NCBI RefSeq assembly: GCF_058153355.1
Contig: NZ_CM177019.1
Reading direction: 5' to 3' (one strand)
Length of the DNA: 64,000 nt
Below, one piece after another: positions 53,110-64,000 of this stretch; within the stretch, counting starts at the first letter, position 1; the number at the start of each line of letters is the position of its first letter. A program made the position numbers and the translations under genes. Under the pieces are notes generated by a model. The model did not search any database and had not been told where the DNA came from. It saw only the letters and a list, made by a program, of their open reading frames with translations.

Positions 53110-55308
53110 ATGTCGACTCCTGACAATCACGGCAAGAAAGCCCCTCAATTTGCCGCGTTCAAACCGCTACCCACGGTTCAGAACGCCAACGACTGTTGCT
53201 GCGACGGCGCATGTTCCAGCACGCCAACGCTCTCTGAAAACGTCTCCGGCACCCGCTATAGCTGGAAAGTCAGCGGCATGGACTGCGCCGCCTGCGCGCG
53301 CAAGGTAGAAAATGCCGTGCGCCAGCTTGCAGGCGTGAATCAGGTGCAGGTGTTGTTCGCCACCGAAAAACTGGTGGTGGATGCCGACAATGACATCCGT
53401 GCCCAGGTTGAATCTGCGGTGCAAAAAGCGGGCTATTCCCTGCGCGATGAACAGTCCGCCGACGAACAACAAGAATCACGCCTGAAAGAGAATCTGCCGC
53501 TGATTACGCTAATCGTGTTGATGGCAATTAGCTGGGGGCTAGAGCAGTTTAATCATCCGTTCGGGCAACTGGCGTTTATCGCGACCACGCTGGTTGGGCT
53601 GTACCCGATTGCTCGTCAGGCATTACGGCTGATCAAATCCGGCAGCTACTTCGCTATTGAAACCTTAATGAGCGTAGCCGCTATTGGTGCGCTGTTTATT
53701 GGCGCAACGGCTGAAGCTGCGATGGTGTTGCTGCTGTTTTTGATTGGTGAACGACTGGAAGGCTGGGCCGCCAGCCGCGCGCGTCAAGGGGTCAGCGCGT
53801 TAATGGCGCTGAAACCGGAAACCGCCACGCGCCTGCGTAATGGCAAGCGTGAAGAGGTAGCAATTAACAGCCTGCGTCCGGGCGATGTTATCGAAGTTGC
53901 GGCAGGTGGGCGTTTACCTGCCGACGGTAAACTGCTCTCGCCCTTTGCCAGTTTTGATGAAAGCGCCCTGACCGGCGAATCCATTCCGGTGGAGCGCGCG
54001 ACGGGTGATAAAGTTCCTGCAGGCGCCACCAGCGTAGACCGTCTGGTAACGCTGGAAGTGCTGTCAGAACCGGGTGCCAGCGCCATTGACCGGATTCTGA
54101 AACTGATCGAAGAAGCCGAAGAGCGCCGCGCGCCCATTGAGCGGTTTATCGACCGTTTCAGCCGTATTTACACGCCAGCGATTATGGCCGTCGCCCTGCT
54201 GGTGACGCTGGTGCCACCGCTGCTGTTTGCCGCAAGCTGGCAGGAGTGGATTTATAAAGGGCTGACGCTGCTGCTGATTGGCTGCCCGTGTGCGCTGGTG
54301 ATCTCAACACCTGCGGCGATCACCTCCGGGCTGGCGGCAGCAGCGCGTCATGGGGCGTTGATTAAAGGCGGTGCGGCGCTGGAACAACTAGGTCGTGTTA
54401 CCCAGGTGGCGTTTGATAAAACCGGCACGCTGACCGTCGGTAAACCGCGCGTTACCGCGATTCATCCGGCAACGGGTATTAGTGAATCTGAACTGCTGAC
54501 ACTGGCAGCGGCGGTCGAGCAAGGCGCGACGCATCCACTGGCGCAAGCCATCGTACGCGAAGCACAGGTTGCTGAACTCGCCATTCCCGCCGCCGAATCA
54601 CAGCGGGCGCTGGTCGGGTCTGGTATTGAAGCACTGATTAACGGTGAGCGCGTGTTGATATGCGCTGCCGGAAAACATCCGGCTGTTGCATTTGCTGGTT
54701 TAATTAACGAACTGGAAAGCGCCGGGCAAACGGTAGTACTGGTGGTGCGTAACGATGAAGTGCTGGGTGTCATTGCATTGCAGGATACCCTGCGCGCCGA
54801 CGCCGCAACTGCCATCAGCGAACTGAGCGCCCTGGGTGTCAAAGGGGTGATCCTCACTGGCGATAATCCACGCGCCGCGGCGGCAATTGCCGGGGAGTTG
54901 GGGCTGGAATTTAAAGCGGGCCTATTACCAGAAGATAAAGTCAAAGCGGTGACCGAGCTGAATCAACATGCGCCTCTGGCGATGGTCGGTGACGGTATTA
55001 ACGACGCGCCAGCGATGAAAGCCGCCACCATTGGGATTGCAATGGGCAGTGGCACAGATGTGGCGCTGGAAACCGCCGATGCAGCATTAACCCATAACCA
55101 CCTGCGCGGCCTGGCGCAGATGATTGAACTGGCACGCGCCACTCACGCCAACATCCGCCAGAACATCACCATTGCGCTGGGGCTGAAAGGGATCTTCCTC
55201 GTCACAACGCTGTTAGGGATGACCGGACTATGGCTGGCGGTGCTGGCAGATACGGGTGCGACGGTGCTGGTGACGGCGAATGCGTTAAGATTGTTGCGCA
55301 GGAAGTAA
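53110..55308 (+). CDS. zntA: Zn/Cd/Pb-exporting P1B-type ATPase
   Basis: 732-aa ORF; N-terminal metal-binding GMDCAAC, CPC in LIGCPCALVIS, DKTGTLT phosphorylation motif. Confidence 0.97.
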   Translation: MSTPDNHGKKAPQFAAFKPLPTVQNANDCCCDGACSSTPTLSENVSGTRYSWKVSGMDCAACARKVENAVRQLAGVNQVQVLFATEKLVVDADNDIRAQVESAVQKAGYSLRDEQSADEQQESRLKENLPLITLIVLMAISWGLEQFNHPFGQLAFIATTLVGLYPIARQALRLIKSGSYFAIETLMSVAAIGALFIGATAEAAMVLLLFLIGERLEGWAASRARQGVSALMALKPETATRLRNGKREEVAINSLRPGDVIEVAAGGRLPADGKLLSPFASFDESALTGESIPVERATGDKVPAGATSVDRLVTLEVLSEPGASAIDRILKLIEEAEERRAPIERFIDRFSRIYTPAIMAVALLVTLVPPLLFAASWQEWIYKGLTLLLIGCPCALVISTPAAITSGLAAAARHGALIKGGAALEQLGRVTQVAFDKTGTLTVGKPRVTAIHPATGISESELLTLAAAVEQGATHPLAQAIVREAQVAELAIPAAESQRALVGSGIEALINGERVLICAAGKHPAVAFAGLINELESAGQTVVLVVRNDEVLGVIALQDTLRADAATAISELSALGVKGVILTGDNPRAAAAIAGELGLEFKAGLLPEDKVKAVTELNQHAPLAMVGDGINDAPAMKAATIGIAMGSGTDVALETADAALTHNHLRGLAQMIELARATHANIRQNITIALGLKGIFLVTTLLGMTGLWLAVLADTGATVLVTANALRLLRRK

Positions 55309-55315
55309 AAGTGTT

Positions 55316-55340
55316 GCCTGATAGCCTCTGGCTATCAGGC
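55316..55340. terminator. Hairpin between zntA and the convergent small ORF
   Basis: gcctgatagcc tct ggctatcaggc; U-rich tract only on the minus-strand side. Confidence 0.55.
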
Positions 55341-55649
55341 TTAGTGCTGGGCCGGGAACGGCGGCATAGTCAGGAAAGCATAATAAAGCGCTAACATCAG
55401 AATGACGGAGATAACACAGCATCCAGCAACCAGGCGGGATGCTATGGATGGCCTTTTGAACATCAACCACAGGGCATAAGCAAGCCCGACACCGTTAAGT
55501 AAAGGTAAAAAAATCATTAGCCAGAGCCAACCCCAGGCAAGTACCCCCAGCCATCCCCCCACGACGATAAAAACAGGGATCAGCCAATTGGGGGTGAAGA
55601 TCGCGAGCAATCCCAGCAATGCCAGACAAACTGGAATTAAATAATCCAT
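55341..55649 (-). CDS. Hypothetical small inner membrane protein (102 aa)
   Basis: ORF MDYLIPVCLALLGLLAIFTPNWLIPVFIVVGGWLGVLAWGWLWLMIFLPLLNGVGLAYALWLMFKRPSIASRLVAGCCVISVILMLALYYAFLTMPPFPAQH; three hydrophobic segments; not a gene I can name. Confidence 0.4.
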   Translation of the reverse strand: MDYLIPVCLALLGLLAIFTPNWLIPVFIVVGGWLGVLAWGWLWLMIFLPLLNGVGLAYALWLMFKRPSIASRLVAGCCVISVILMLALYYAFLTMPPFPAQH

Positions 55650-55673
55650 TTGTGCATTCCATTACGTTTGCGT

Positions 55674-56926
<1,253 letters not shown>

Positions 56927-56956
56927 CATGCCTGCAATCTGGGAAACCGGGGTAGA

Positions 56957-56988
<32 letters not shown>

Positions 56989-57002
56989 AGGGCATTGAAC
57001 TC

Positions 57003-57087
57003 GTAGGCATGATAAGACGCGACAGCGTCGCATCAGGCATTGCGCACCGTATCGCCAGATGCAGCTTGAACGTTTTATCCGTCCTAC
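57003..57087. repeat. REP palindromes right of IS621 (rest of the BIME)
   Basis: gtaggcatgataagacgcgacagcgtcgcatcaggc and gccagatgcagcttgaacgttttatccgtcctac. Confidence 0.65.
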
Positions 57088-57142
57088 AAACCGGTTGCAA
57101 GCCGCAAAATTGAGCGCGATCGGTCCGCTAGCCTGATTCACC

Positions 57143-57388
57143 TTACCCCGATTTGCGAATCAAATAACGATAAGGCAGTCCATCGGTCTCTTTCGCAACC
57201 AGTTCGTGTTCCATAAAGGTACAAAACCCAGGAATATCGCGTGTCGTCGCCGGATCGTCAGCAATAATCAGCAACGTTTCACCTGGCTGCATATTGCGCA
57301 CAGTTTTGCGCACCATCATTACTGGTTCCGGGCAGCGCAGGCCAAGTGCGTCGAGTGTGTGGTCAGGGCTGGAAAAGAGATCGGTCAT
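57143..57388 (-). CDS. tusA: Sulfur carrier protein TusA
   Basis: 81-aa [31 protein letters not shown] with CPxP motif. Confidence 0.95.
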
Positions 57389-57608
57389 TTTCTTCTCATC
57401 ACATAAAAAAACGGCGCTAGTTTACGCCCTGTGAGTCCGTAAGCAAACCAGGTTAACGATTGCGTGAAAATTAACCATTGCATTGTCAACGTAAAGCAGT
57501 ATCATGCGGCGGCTCGAAAAAAGGGTCAGCACGTTATTATGTTAAGGTAACAGACGTGTCGTACGTATTGGGTTCCCTCACCCCAATGGTTAATCAAAAA
57601 GGTACAAT

Positions 57609-58274
57609 ATGAACGTTTTCTCGCAAACTCAACGCTATAAGGCGTTGTTCTGGTTATCGTTATTTCATCTGTTGGTGATCACCTCCAGTAACTATCTGGT
57701 TCAGCTTCCCGTATCCATTTTTGGTTTCCATACCACCTGGGGCGCGTTTAGCTTTCCGTTTATTTTCCTTGCTACCGACCTGACTGTGCGTATTTTTGGC
57801 GCACCGCTGGCCCGTCGTATCATCTTTGCGGTGATGATCCCGGCGTTACTGATCTCCTACGTCATCTCGTCGCTGTTCTATATGGGTTCCTGGCAGGGAT
57901 TCGGCGCGCTCGCCCACTTCAATCTGTTTGTCGCCCGTATCGCCACCGCCAGTTTCATGGCCTACGCGCTGGGGCAAATCCTCGACGTGCACGTTTTTAA
58001 CCGCCTGCGTCAGAGTCGTCGCTGGTGGCTGGCACCGACGGCTTCCACCCTGTTTGGTAACGTCAGCGACACGCTGGCCTTCTTCTTCATTGCCTTCTGG
58101 CGCAGCCCAGATGCCTTTATGGCTGAACACTGGATGGAAATCGCGCTGGTCGATTACTGTTTCAAAGTGTTAATCAGTATCGTTTTCTTCCTGCCAATGT
58201 ATGGCGTATTACTCAATATGCTGTTGAAAAGACTGGCAGATAAATCCGAAATCAACGCTTTGCAGGCGAGTTAA
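57609..58274 (+). CDS. yhhQ: Queuosine precursor transporter
   Basis: 221-aa polytopic membrane ORF. Confidence 0.9.
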   Translation: MNVFSQTQRYKALFWLSLFHLLVITSSNYLVQLPVSIFGFHTTWGAFSFPFIFLATDLTVRIFGAPLARRIIFAVMIPALLISYVISSLFYMGSWQGFGALAHFNLFVARIATASFMAYALGQILDVHVFNRLRQSRRWWLAPTASTLFGNVSDTLAFFFIAFWRSPDAFMAEHWMEIALVDYCFKVLISIVFFLPMYGVLLNMLLKRLADKSEINALQAS

Positions 58275-58346
58275 AGGTTCGTTATCAGAGTTGTGATAAG
58301 ATGGATGAATGAGCCGTTATGGCCGTTTATCGAAAGGAAGAAGTCA

Positions 58347-58904
58347 ATGCGCAATCTGGTTAAATATGTCGGAATTGGCCTGCTGGTTATGGGGCTTGCG
58401 GCCTGTGATGATAAAGACACTAACGCTACGGCGCAGGGTTCGGTCGCGGAAAGTAACGCTACCGGGAATCCCGTCAACCTGCTTGATGGCAAGTTAAGTT
58501 TCTCGCTGCCAGCGGATATGACCGACCAGAGCGGTAAGCTGGGAACGCAGGCTAATAACATGCATGTCTGGTCCGACGCCACCGGGCAAAAAGCAGTCAT
58601 CGTCATCATGGGCGATGATCCGAAAGAAGATCTGGCGGTGCTGGCGAAGCGCCTGGAAGATCAGCAACGTAGCCGCGATCCGCAGCTGCAAGTGGTAACC
58701 AATAAAGCCATTGAGCTGAAAGGTCACAAAATGCAGCAGTTAGACAGCATTATCTCCGCGAAAGGCCAGACGGCGTACTCTTCCGTTATTCTGGGTAACG
58801 TGGGTAATCAACTGCTGACCATGCAAATTACGCTGCCAGCTGACGATCAGCAAAAAGCACAGACCACCGCAGAAAACATCATTAATACGCTGGTTATTCA
58901 GTAA
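58347..58904 (+). CDS. dcrB: Periplasmic lipoprotein DcrB
   Basis: 185-aa product from [20 protein letters not shown] (lipobox); the ORF-track frame starts 18 codons upstream. Confidence 0.9.
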
Positions 58905-58907
58905 GTT

Positions 58908-60125
58908 TTAAGATGATGAGATGGCCTCAGGTACTTCCACCGGAGGCCGTTTTTTTAATCGCCACGTCAGTAATAACGCGATTGCGACCAGTCCCGCCGC
59001 CGCCAGATAAATCACCGGGACGCCCGCCCAACTCATCACCAGCCCAGCCAGTGGTCCGGTCACGCCAAGCGATAAATCCATAAATACGGTGTAAGTTGCC
59101 AGCGCCGCCCCCTGATTCTGCTGCGGCACTGCTTTTACCGCCACTACGCCCAATGCCGGGAACACCAGCGAAAACCCCGCCCCCGCGAGTAAGACGCCAA
59201 TTTTCGCCATCCACGGCATAGTCGCCACGCCAACCAGTAGCAGGCCGATTATCTCAACGCTAAAGCAGAGCATCGCCACATTTAAGCCGCCGATACGGTT
59301 AATGCCGTTAGGAAATAACAAACGCGTACCGACAAACGCACAGCTAAACAGCGTCAACGCGAAAGCCGCACCGTCCCAACCTTTAGCGTCATAAAACAGC
59401 GTGATAAAAGTGGCGATAACGCCAAATCCGGCGGAAGCCAGTGCCAGCGCCATGCCGTACAGCCAGACGCGCCCAAGCACCGCGCGAAACGGCAGCGGTT
59501 TGCCTTTACTGGCTTTTACCGTCGGACGCGGGATCGCCAACAAAATGGCCACCAGCGCCACGCCCATAATGATTAACGCTAACGCCTGCAAGCCGCCCCA
59601 GTGATAAAACACGACACCTAACGGCGCACCCATCGCCATCGCCCCGTAAGTGACAATGCCGTTCCACGAAATCACCCGCCCGATATGCAGCGAACCCACC
59701 ACGCCAACGCCCCATAGGGTCGATCCCGTTCCGGCAAAACTTTGCCCAATCCCAAGGATCACGCGCCCCAGGCACAGTAATAACAGGCTGATGACGGGCA
59801 GACTGGCGGTTAATCCTGCCGTCAGATACCCCAAACCGCTCAAAAAGCAGCCGCATAAACCGAAGACGACAATCTTTTTAGGTCCCAGCAAATCGGCGTA
59901 ACGTCCGGCATGAGGGCGGCTCAGCAAGGTGGCGAAATATTGCAGGCTGATAACCAATCCTGCCCAGAAAGCGCTAAAGCCCATCACATCATGGACATAG
60001 CCCGGTAATACAGCGAGCGGCAACCCGATGGTGAGGTAGCTGGCGAAGTTAAACATGACAATGGAGACAATGCGCAAATTCAGGCGCAATCCGTTTAGCG
60101 CGGGTTCGGCTACGGGTTCGGGCAT
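58908..60125 (-). CDS. yhhS: MFS transporter
   Basis: 405-aa product from MPEPVAEPALNGLRLNLRIV; 12-TM pattern; the ORF-track frame extends 14 codons upstream. Confidence 0.9.
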   Translation of the reverse strand: MPEPVAEPALNGLRLNLRIVSIVMFNFASYLTIGLPLAVLPGYVHDVMGFSAFWAGLVISLQYFATLLSRPHAGRYADLLGPKKIVVFGLCGCFLSGLGYLTAGLTASLPVISLLLLCLGRVILGIGQSFAGTGSTLWGVGVVGSLHIGRVISWNGIVTYGAMAMGAPLGVVFYHWGGLQALALIIMGVALVAILLAIPRPTVKASKGKPLPFRAVLGRVWLYGMALALASAGFGVIATFITLFYDAKGWDGAAFALTLFSCAFVGTRLLFPNGINRIGGLNVAMLCFSVEIIGLLLVGVATMPWMAKIGVLLAGAGFSLVFPALGVVAVKAVPQQNQGAALATYTVFMDLSLGVTGPLAGLVMSWAGVPVIYLAAAGLVAIALLLTWRLKKRPPVEVPEAISSS

Positions 60126-60256
60126 GAGGATCACCACATTTTTACAACAGTGTTTCATTTTTACCACGTGCTGACGTGAAAATCAGCAGTAAGAATCAGA
60201 ATATTGCTGGCGTGACTCCCGCTACACTTAATACAAAAAGTCACAAGGAAGCCCCA

Positions 60257-61306
60257 ATGGAAACCCCTCAACCCGATAAAACGGGCATGCACATTCTGCT
60301 TAAACTGGCCTCGCTGGTAGTAATCCTCGCGGGCATTCACGCAGCGGCAGATATCATTGTGCAACTGTTACTGGCGCTGTTTTTTGCCATCGTCCTCAAC
60401 CCGCTCGTCACCTGGTTTATTCGTCGCGGAGTACAACGCCCCGTTGCAATTACGATTGTGGTGGTGGTGATGCTGATCGCACTTACCGCACTGGTCGGTG
60501 TACTGGCAGCTTCGTTTAACGAATTTATCTCTATGCTGCCGAAGTTTAATAAGGAGCTGACGCGCAAACTTTTTAAATTGCAGGAGATGTTGCCTTTTCT
60601 TAATTTGCATATGTCACCGGAGCGAATGCTGCAGCGGATGGACTCGGAAAAAGTGGTTACCTTCACCACGGCGCTAATGACCGGGCTTTCCGGGGCAATG
60701 GCGAGCGTGCTTTTGCTGGTGATGACCGTAGTTTTCATGCTGTTTGAAGTGCGCCACGTCCCTTACAAAATGCGTTTTGCGTTGAATAATCCACAGATTC
60801 ACATCGCCGGACTACACCGCGCCTTAAAAGGTGTTTCGCACTATCTTGCATTGAAGACACTGCTAAGTTTATGGACAGGCATTATCGTCTGGCTGGGGCT
60901 GGAACTTATGGGCGTACAGTTTGCGCTGATGTGGGCAGTACTGGCGTTTTTGCTCAACTACGTGCCCAATATCGGCGCGGTAATTTCCGCCGTACCGCCA
61001 ATGATTCAGGTGCTACTGTTTAATGGCGTTTACGAATGTATTCTGGTCGGCGCATTGTTTTTAGTGGTCCATATGGTCATCGGCAATATTTTAGAACCGC
61101 GGATGATGGGCCATCGCCTGGGGATGTCCACCATGGTGGTATTTCTTTCATTATTGATTTGGGGATGGCTGCTCGGCCCGGTAGGTATGTTGCTTTCGGT
61201 ACCATTAACTAGCGTGTGTAAAATCTGGATGGAAACCACCAAAGGCGGCAGCAAACTGGCGATCTTACTGGGGCCGGGCAGACCGAAAAGTCGGTTACCG
61301 GGATGA
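60257..61306 (+). CDS. yhhT: AI-2E family transporter
   Basis: 349-aa product from METPQPDKTGMHILLKLASL; the ORF-track frame starts 27 codons upstream. Confidence 0.88.
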   Translation: METPQPDKTGMHILLKLASLVVILAGIHAAADIIVQLLLALFFAIVLNPLVTWFIRRGVQRPVAITIVVVVMLIALTALVGVLAASFNEFISMLPKFNKELTRKLFKLQEMLPFLNLHMSPERMLQRMDSEKVVTFTTALMTGLSGAMASVLLLVMTVVFMLFEVRHVPYKMRFALNNPQIHIAGLHRALKGVSHYLALKTLLSLWTGIIVWLGLELMGVQFALMWAVLAFLLNYVPNIGAVISAVPPMIQVLLFNGVYECILVGALFLVVHMVIGNILEPRMMGHRLGMSTMVVFLSLLIWGWLLGPVGMLLSVPLTSVCKIWMETTKGGSKLAILLGPGRPKSRLPG

Positions 61307-61360
61307 GGCGACAAGTGATACGATACGCACTTTCATTTTCCATTAAACGTTGGCCCTGAT

Positions 61361-61948
61361 ATGTATCGGATAGTTCTGGGGAAAGTTTCGACCTTAAGCG
61401 CAGCTCCACTGCCACCGGCTTTGCGCGAGCAAGCACCGCAAGGCCCACGGCGCGAACGCTGGCTGGCGGGGCGTGCATTGCTTTCACACACGCTTTCCCC
61501 GCTACCGGAGATCATCTATGGCGAACAAGGCAAACCCGCATTCGCATCGGAAACGCCGCTATGGTTCAACTTAAGCCATAGCGGTGACGATATTGCCCTA
61601 CTGTTGAGCGATGAAGGCGAAGTCGGCTGCGATATCGAAGTGATTCGCCCGCGTGCCAACTGGCGCTGGCTGGCGAACGCGGTGTTCAGCCTCGGAGAAC
61701 ATGCCGAGATGGACGCCGTGCATCCAGATCAGCAACTGGAAATGTTCTGGCGCATCTGGACACGCAAAGAAGCCATCGTTAAACAACGTGGCGGCAGCGC
61801 CTGGCAAATCGTCAGCGTAGACAGCACCTATCAGTCCTCGCTGTCAGTCAGCCATTGTCAGCTTGAAAATTTAAGTCTGGCGATCTGCACCCCTACTCCC
61901 TTTACGCTCACCGCCGACAGTGTGCAATGGATCGATTCAGTTAACTGA
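61361..61948 (+). CDS. acpT: 4'-phosphopantetheinyl transferase
   Basis: 195-aa ORF in conserved position before nikA. Confidence 0.88.
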   Translation: MYRIVLGKVSTLSAAPLPPALREQAPQGPRRERWLAGRALLSHTLSPLPEIIYGEQGKPAFASETPLWFNLSHSGDDIALLLSDEGEVGCDIEVIRPRANWRWLANAVFSLGEHAEMDAVHPDQQLEMFWRIWTRKEAIVKQRGGSAWQIVSVDSTYQSSLSVSHCQLENLSLAICTPTPFTLTADSVQWIDSVN

Positions 61949-61993
61949 TCGGCCCATCCGACTGCCCATCTATTGATCCAGAACAGGTTATCA

Positions 61994-62021
61994 GTATGAC
62001 GAATACTTAAAATCGTCATAC
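61994..62021 (+). promoter_or_regulatory. NikR operator in the nikA promoter
   Basis: GTATGA-N16-TCATAC dyad (gtatgacgaatacttaaaatcgtcatac). Confidence 0.8.
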
Positions 62022-62058
62022 TTATTTCCGCCATCTATTTTAATCCATTGGGGTTACC

Positions 62059-63633
62059 ATGCTCTCCACACTCCGCCGCACTCTATTTGCGCTGCTGGCT
62101 TGTGCGTCTTTTATCGTCCATGCCGCTGCACCAGATGAAATCACCACCGCCTGGCCGGTGAATGTCGGGCCACTAAACCCGCACCTTTACACACCCAACC
62201 AGATGTTCGCCCAGAGCATGGTTTATGAACCACTGGTGAAATATCAGGCAGACGGTTCGGTGATCCCGTGGCTGGCAAAAAGCTGGACCCATTCAGAAGA
62301 TGGCAAAACCTGGACCTTCACCCTGCGTGATGATGTGAAATTCTCTAACGGTGAACCATTTGATGCAGAGGCCGCGGCAGAAAACTTCCGCGCTGTGCTC
62401 GACAACCGTCAACGTCACGCCTGGCTGGAGCTGGCAAACCAGATTGTTGATGTCAAAGCTCTCAGTAAAACCGAGCTGCAAATCACCCTGAAAAGCGCCT
62501 ACTACCCTTTCCTGCAAGAACTGGCCCTGCCCCGTCCTTTCCGCTTTATCGCCCCCTCGCAGTTTAAAAATAATGAAACCATGAACGGGATTAAAGCGCC
62601 GATTGGTACCGGGCCGTGGGTTTTGCAGGAATCGAAACTGAATCAATACGATGTCTTCGTCCGTAACGAAAACTACTGGGGCGAAAAGCCGGCGATTAAG
62701 AAGATCACTTTTAACGTCATCCCAGACCCGACTACCCGCGCAGTAGCGTTTGAAACTGGCGATATCGATCTGCTATACGGTAATGAAGGGCTATTACCGC
62801 TCGATACCTTCGCCCGCTTTAGCCAGAACCCGGCCTACCACACCCAACTGTCACAGCCGATCGAAACCGTGATGCTGGCGCTTAATACCGCCAAAGCCCC
62901 CACCAACGAACTGGCCGTACGTGAAGCGCTCAATTACGCGGTAAACAAAAAATCGCTGATCGATAACGCGTTGTATGGCACCCAGCAGGTCGCCGACACC
63001 CTGTTTGCCCCTTCCGTGCCCTATGCCAATCTCGGCCTGAAACCGCGCCAGTACGATCCGCAGAAAGCGAAAGCGTTGCTGGAACAAGCAGGCTGGACGC
63101 TGCCCGCAGGCAAAGACATCCGCGAGAAAAATGGTCAGCCGCTGCGCATTGAACTGTCGTTCATCGGCACCGATGCGTTAAGCAAATCAATGGCCGAAAT
63201 CATTCAGGCTGATATGCGCCAGATTGGCGCGGATGTCACGCTGATCGGCGAAGAAGAGAGCAGTATCTATGCTCGTCAGCGCGACGGTCGTTTTGGCATG
63301 ATTTTCCACCGTACCTGGGGCGCGCCATACGATCCACACGCCTTCCTGAGTTCAATGCGCGTACCGTCGCACGCTGACTTCCAGGCACAGCAAGGTTTAG
63401 CCGACAAGCCACTGATTGATAAAGAGATTGGCGAAGTGCTGGCGACACACGACGAAACACAACGTCAGGCACTGTATCGCGACATTCTGACCCGTCTGCA
63501 TGACGAGGCGGTTTATCTGCCCATCAGCTATATCTCAATGATGGTGGTTTCAAAACCGGAACTAGGTAACATCCCCTACGCGCCGATCGCCACCGAAATC
63601 CCGTTCGAACAGATTAAACCGGTGAAACCTTAA
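62059..63633 (+). CDS. nikA: Nickel ABC transporter periplasmic binding protein
   Basis: 524-aa ORF with signal peptide. Confidence 0.95.
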   Translation: MLSTLRRTLFALLACASFIVHAAAPDEITTAWPVNVGPLNPHLYTPNQMFAQSMVYEPLVKYQADGSVIPWLAKSWTHSEDGKTWTFTLRDDVKFSNGEPFDAEAAAENFRAVLDNRQRHAWLELANQIVDVKALSKTELQITLKSAYYPFLQELALPRPFRFIAPSQFKNNETMNGIKAPIGTGPWVLQESKLNQYDVFVRNENYWGEKPAIKKITFNVIPDPTTRAVAFETGDIDLLYGNEGLLPLDTFARFSQNPAYHTQLSQPIETVMLALNTAKAPTNELAVREALNYAVNKKSLIDNALYGTQQVADTLFAPSVPYANLGLKPRQYDPQKAKALLEQAGWTLPAGKDIREKNGQPLRIELSFIGTDALSKSMAEIIQADMRQIGADVTLIGEEESSIYARQRDGRFGMIFHRTWGAPYDPHAFLSSMRVPSHADFQAQQGLADKPLIDKEIGEVLATHDETQRQALYRDILTRLHDEAVYLPISYISMMVVSKPELGNIPYAPIATEIPFEQIKPVKP

Positions 63634-64000
63634 TGTTGCGTTATGTATTACGCCGCTTTCTGCTGCTGATCCCGATGGTGCTCGCCGCCTCGGTGATCAT
63701 TTTTCTGATGCTGCGCCTCGGCACCGGCGACCCGGCGCTCGATTATCTGCGTCTGTCTAACCTACCGCCGACGCCGGAAATGCTGGCTTCTACCCGCACC
63801 ATGCTGGGGCTGGATCAGCCGTTGTACGTGCAGTACGGAACCTGGTTGTGGAAAGCGCTGCATCTTGACTTTGGTATCTCATTCGCCAGCCAACGCCCGG
63901 TGCTGGACGATATGCTGACCTTCCTGCCCGCCACGCTGGAACTGGCGGGCGCGGCGCTAGTGTTAATTCTGCTCACTTCCGTGCCGCTCGGCATCTGGGC
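63633..64000 (+). CDS. nikB: Nickel ABC transporter permease, N-terminal part; runs off the window end
   Basis: ATG overlapping the nikA stop (taATG); translates [41 protein letters not shown]... Confidence 0.9.
   Translation, partial: MLRYVLRRFLLLIPMVLAASVIIFLMLRLGTGDPALDYLRLSNLPPTPEMLASTRTMLGLDQPLYVQYGTWLWKALHLDFGISFASQRPVLDDMLTFLPATLELAGAALVLILLTSVPLGIW

Noticed and set aside
57389-57608. Long untranslated region upstream of yhhQ, considered as a possible preQ1-type riboswitch
   Set aside because: I could not recognise a riboswitch aptamer by eye and recall none for E. coli yhhQ; left unassigned.
61949-62058. Possible FNR site in the nikA promoter (ttgatccagaacaggttatca)
   Set aside because: The match to TTGAT-N4-ATCAA is too weak to call by eye; only the NikR dyad is reported.

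Overview
This window reads as Escherichia coli chromosome (K-12-like gene content), almost entirely conserved core genes, with two insertion sequences. Block A (1-12674): rnpA (partial) - rpmH - dnaA - dnaN - recF - gyrB - yidB - yidA - yidX - dgoR - dgoK - dgoA - dgoD (5' part only). A complete 1426-bp IS4 (12675-14100) truncates dgoD. Block B (14101-64000): glgP-glgA-glgC-glgX-glgB, asd, yhgN, gntU-gntK-gntR, yhhW, yhhX, the sRNA gene ryhB, yhhY, ggt, yhhA, ugpQ-C-E-A-B, livF-G-M-H-K, panM, livJ, rpoH, ftsX-E-Y, rsmD, yhhL, yhhM, yhhN, zntA, a small hydrophobic ORF, an IS621-type (IS110 family) element sitting in a REP palindrome, tusA, yhhQ, dcrB, yhhS, yhhT, acpT, nikA and the start of nikB. 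From my recollection of the K-12 map, blocks A and B are not neighbours there, and the IS4 has no matching target-site duplication, so the IS4 marks a rearrangement junction (or an assembly chimera). The most system-like element is the IS621 copy: its 5' non-coding end has the features of a bridge (guide) RNA gene. This family is already described, so I do not claim a new system; I found no defence island, prophage, CRISPR array or tRNA gene. Gene names and expected protein lengths are recalled from memory, not from a database search. Coordinates of CDSs come from the ORF track with start codons adjusted by me; coordinates of REPs, hairpins and operators are approximate.
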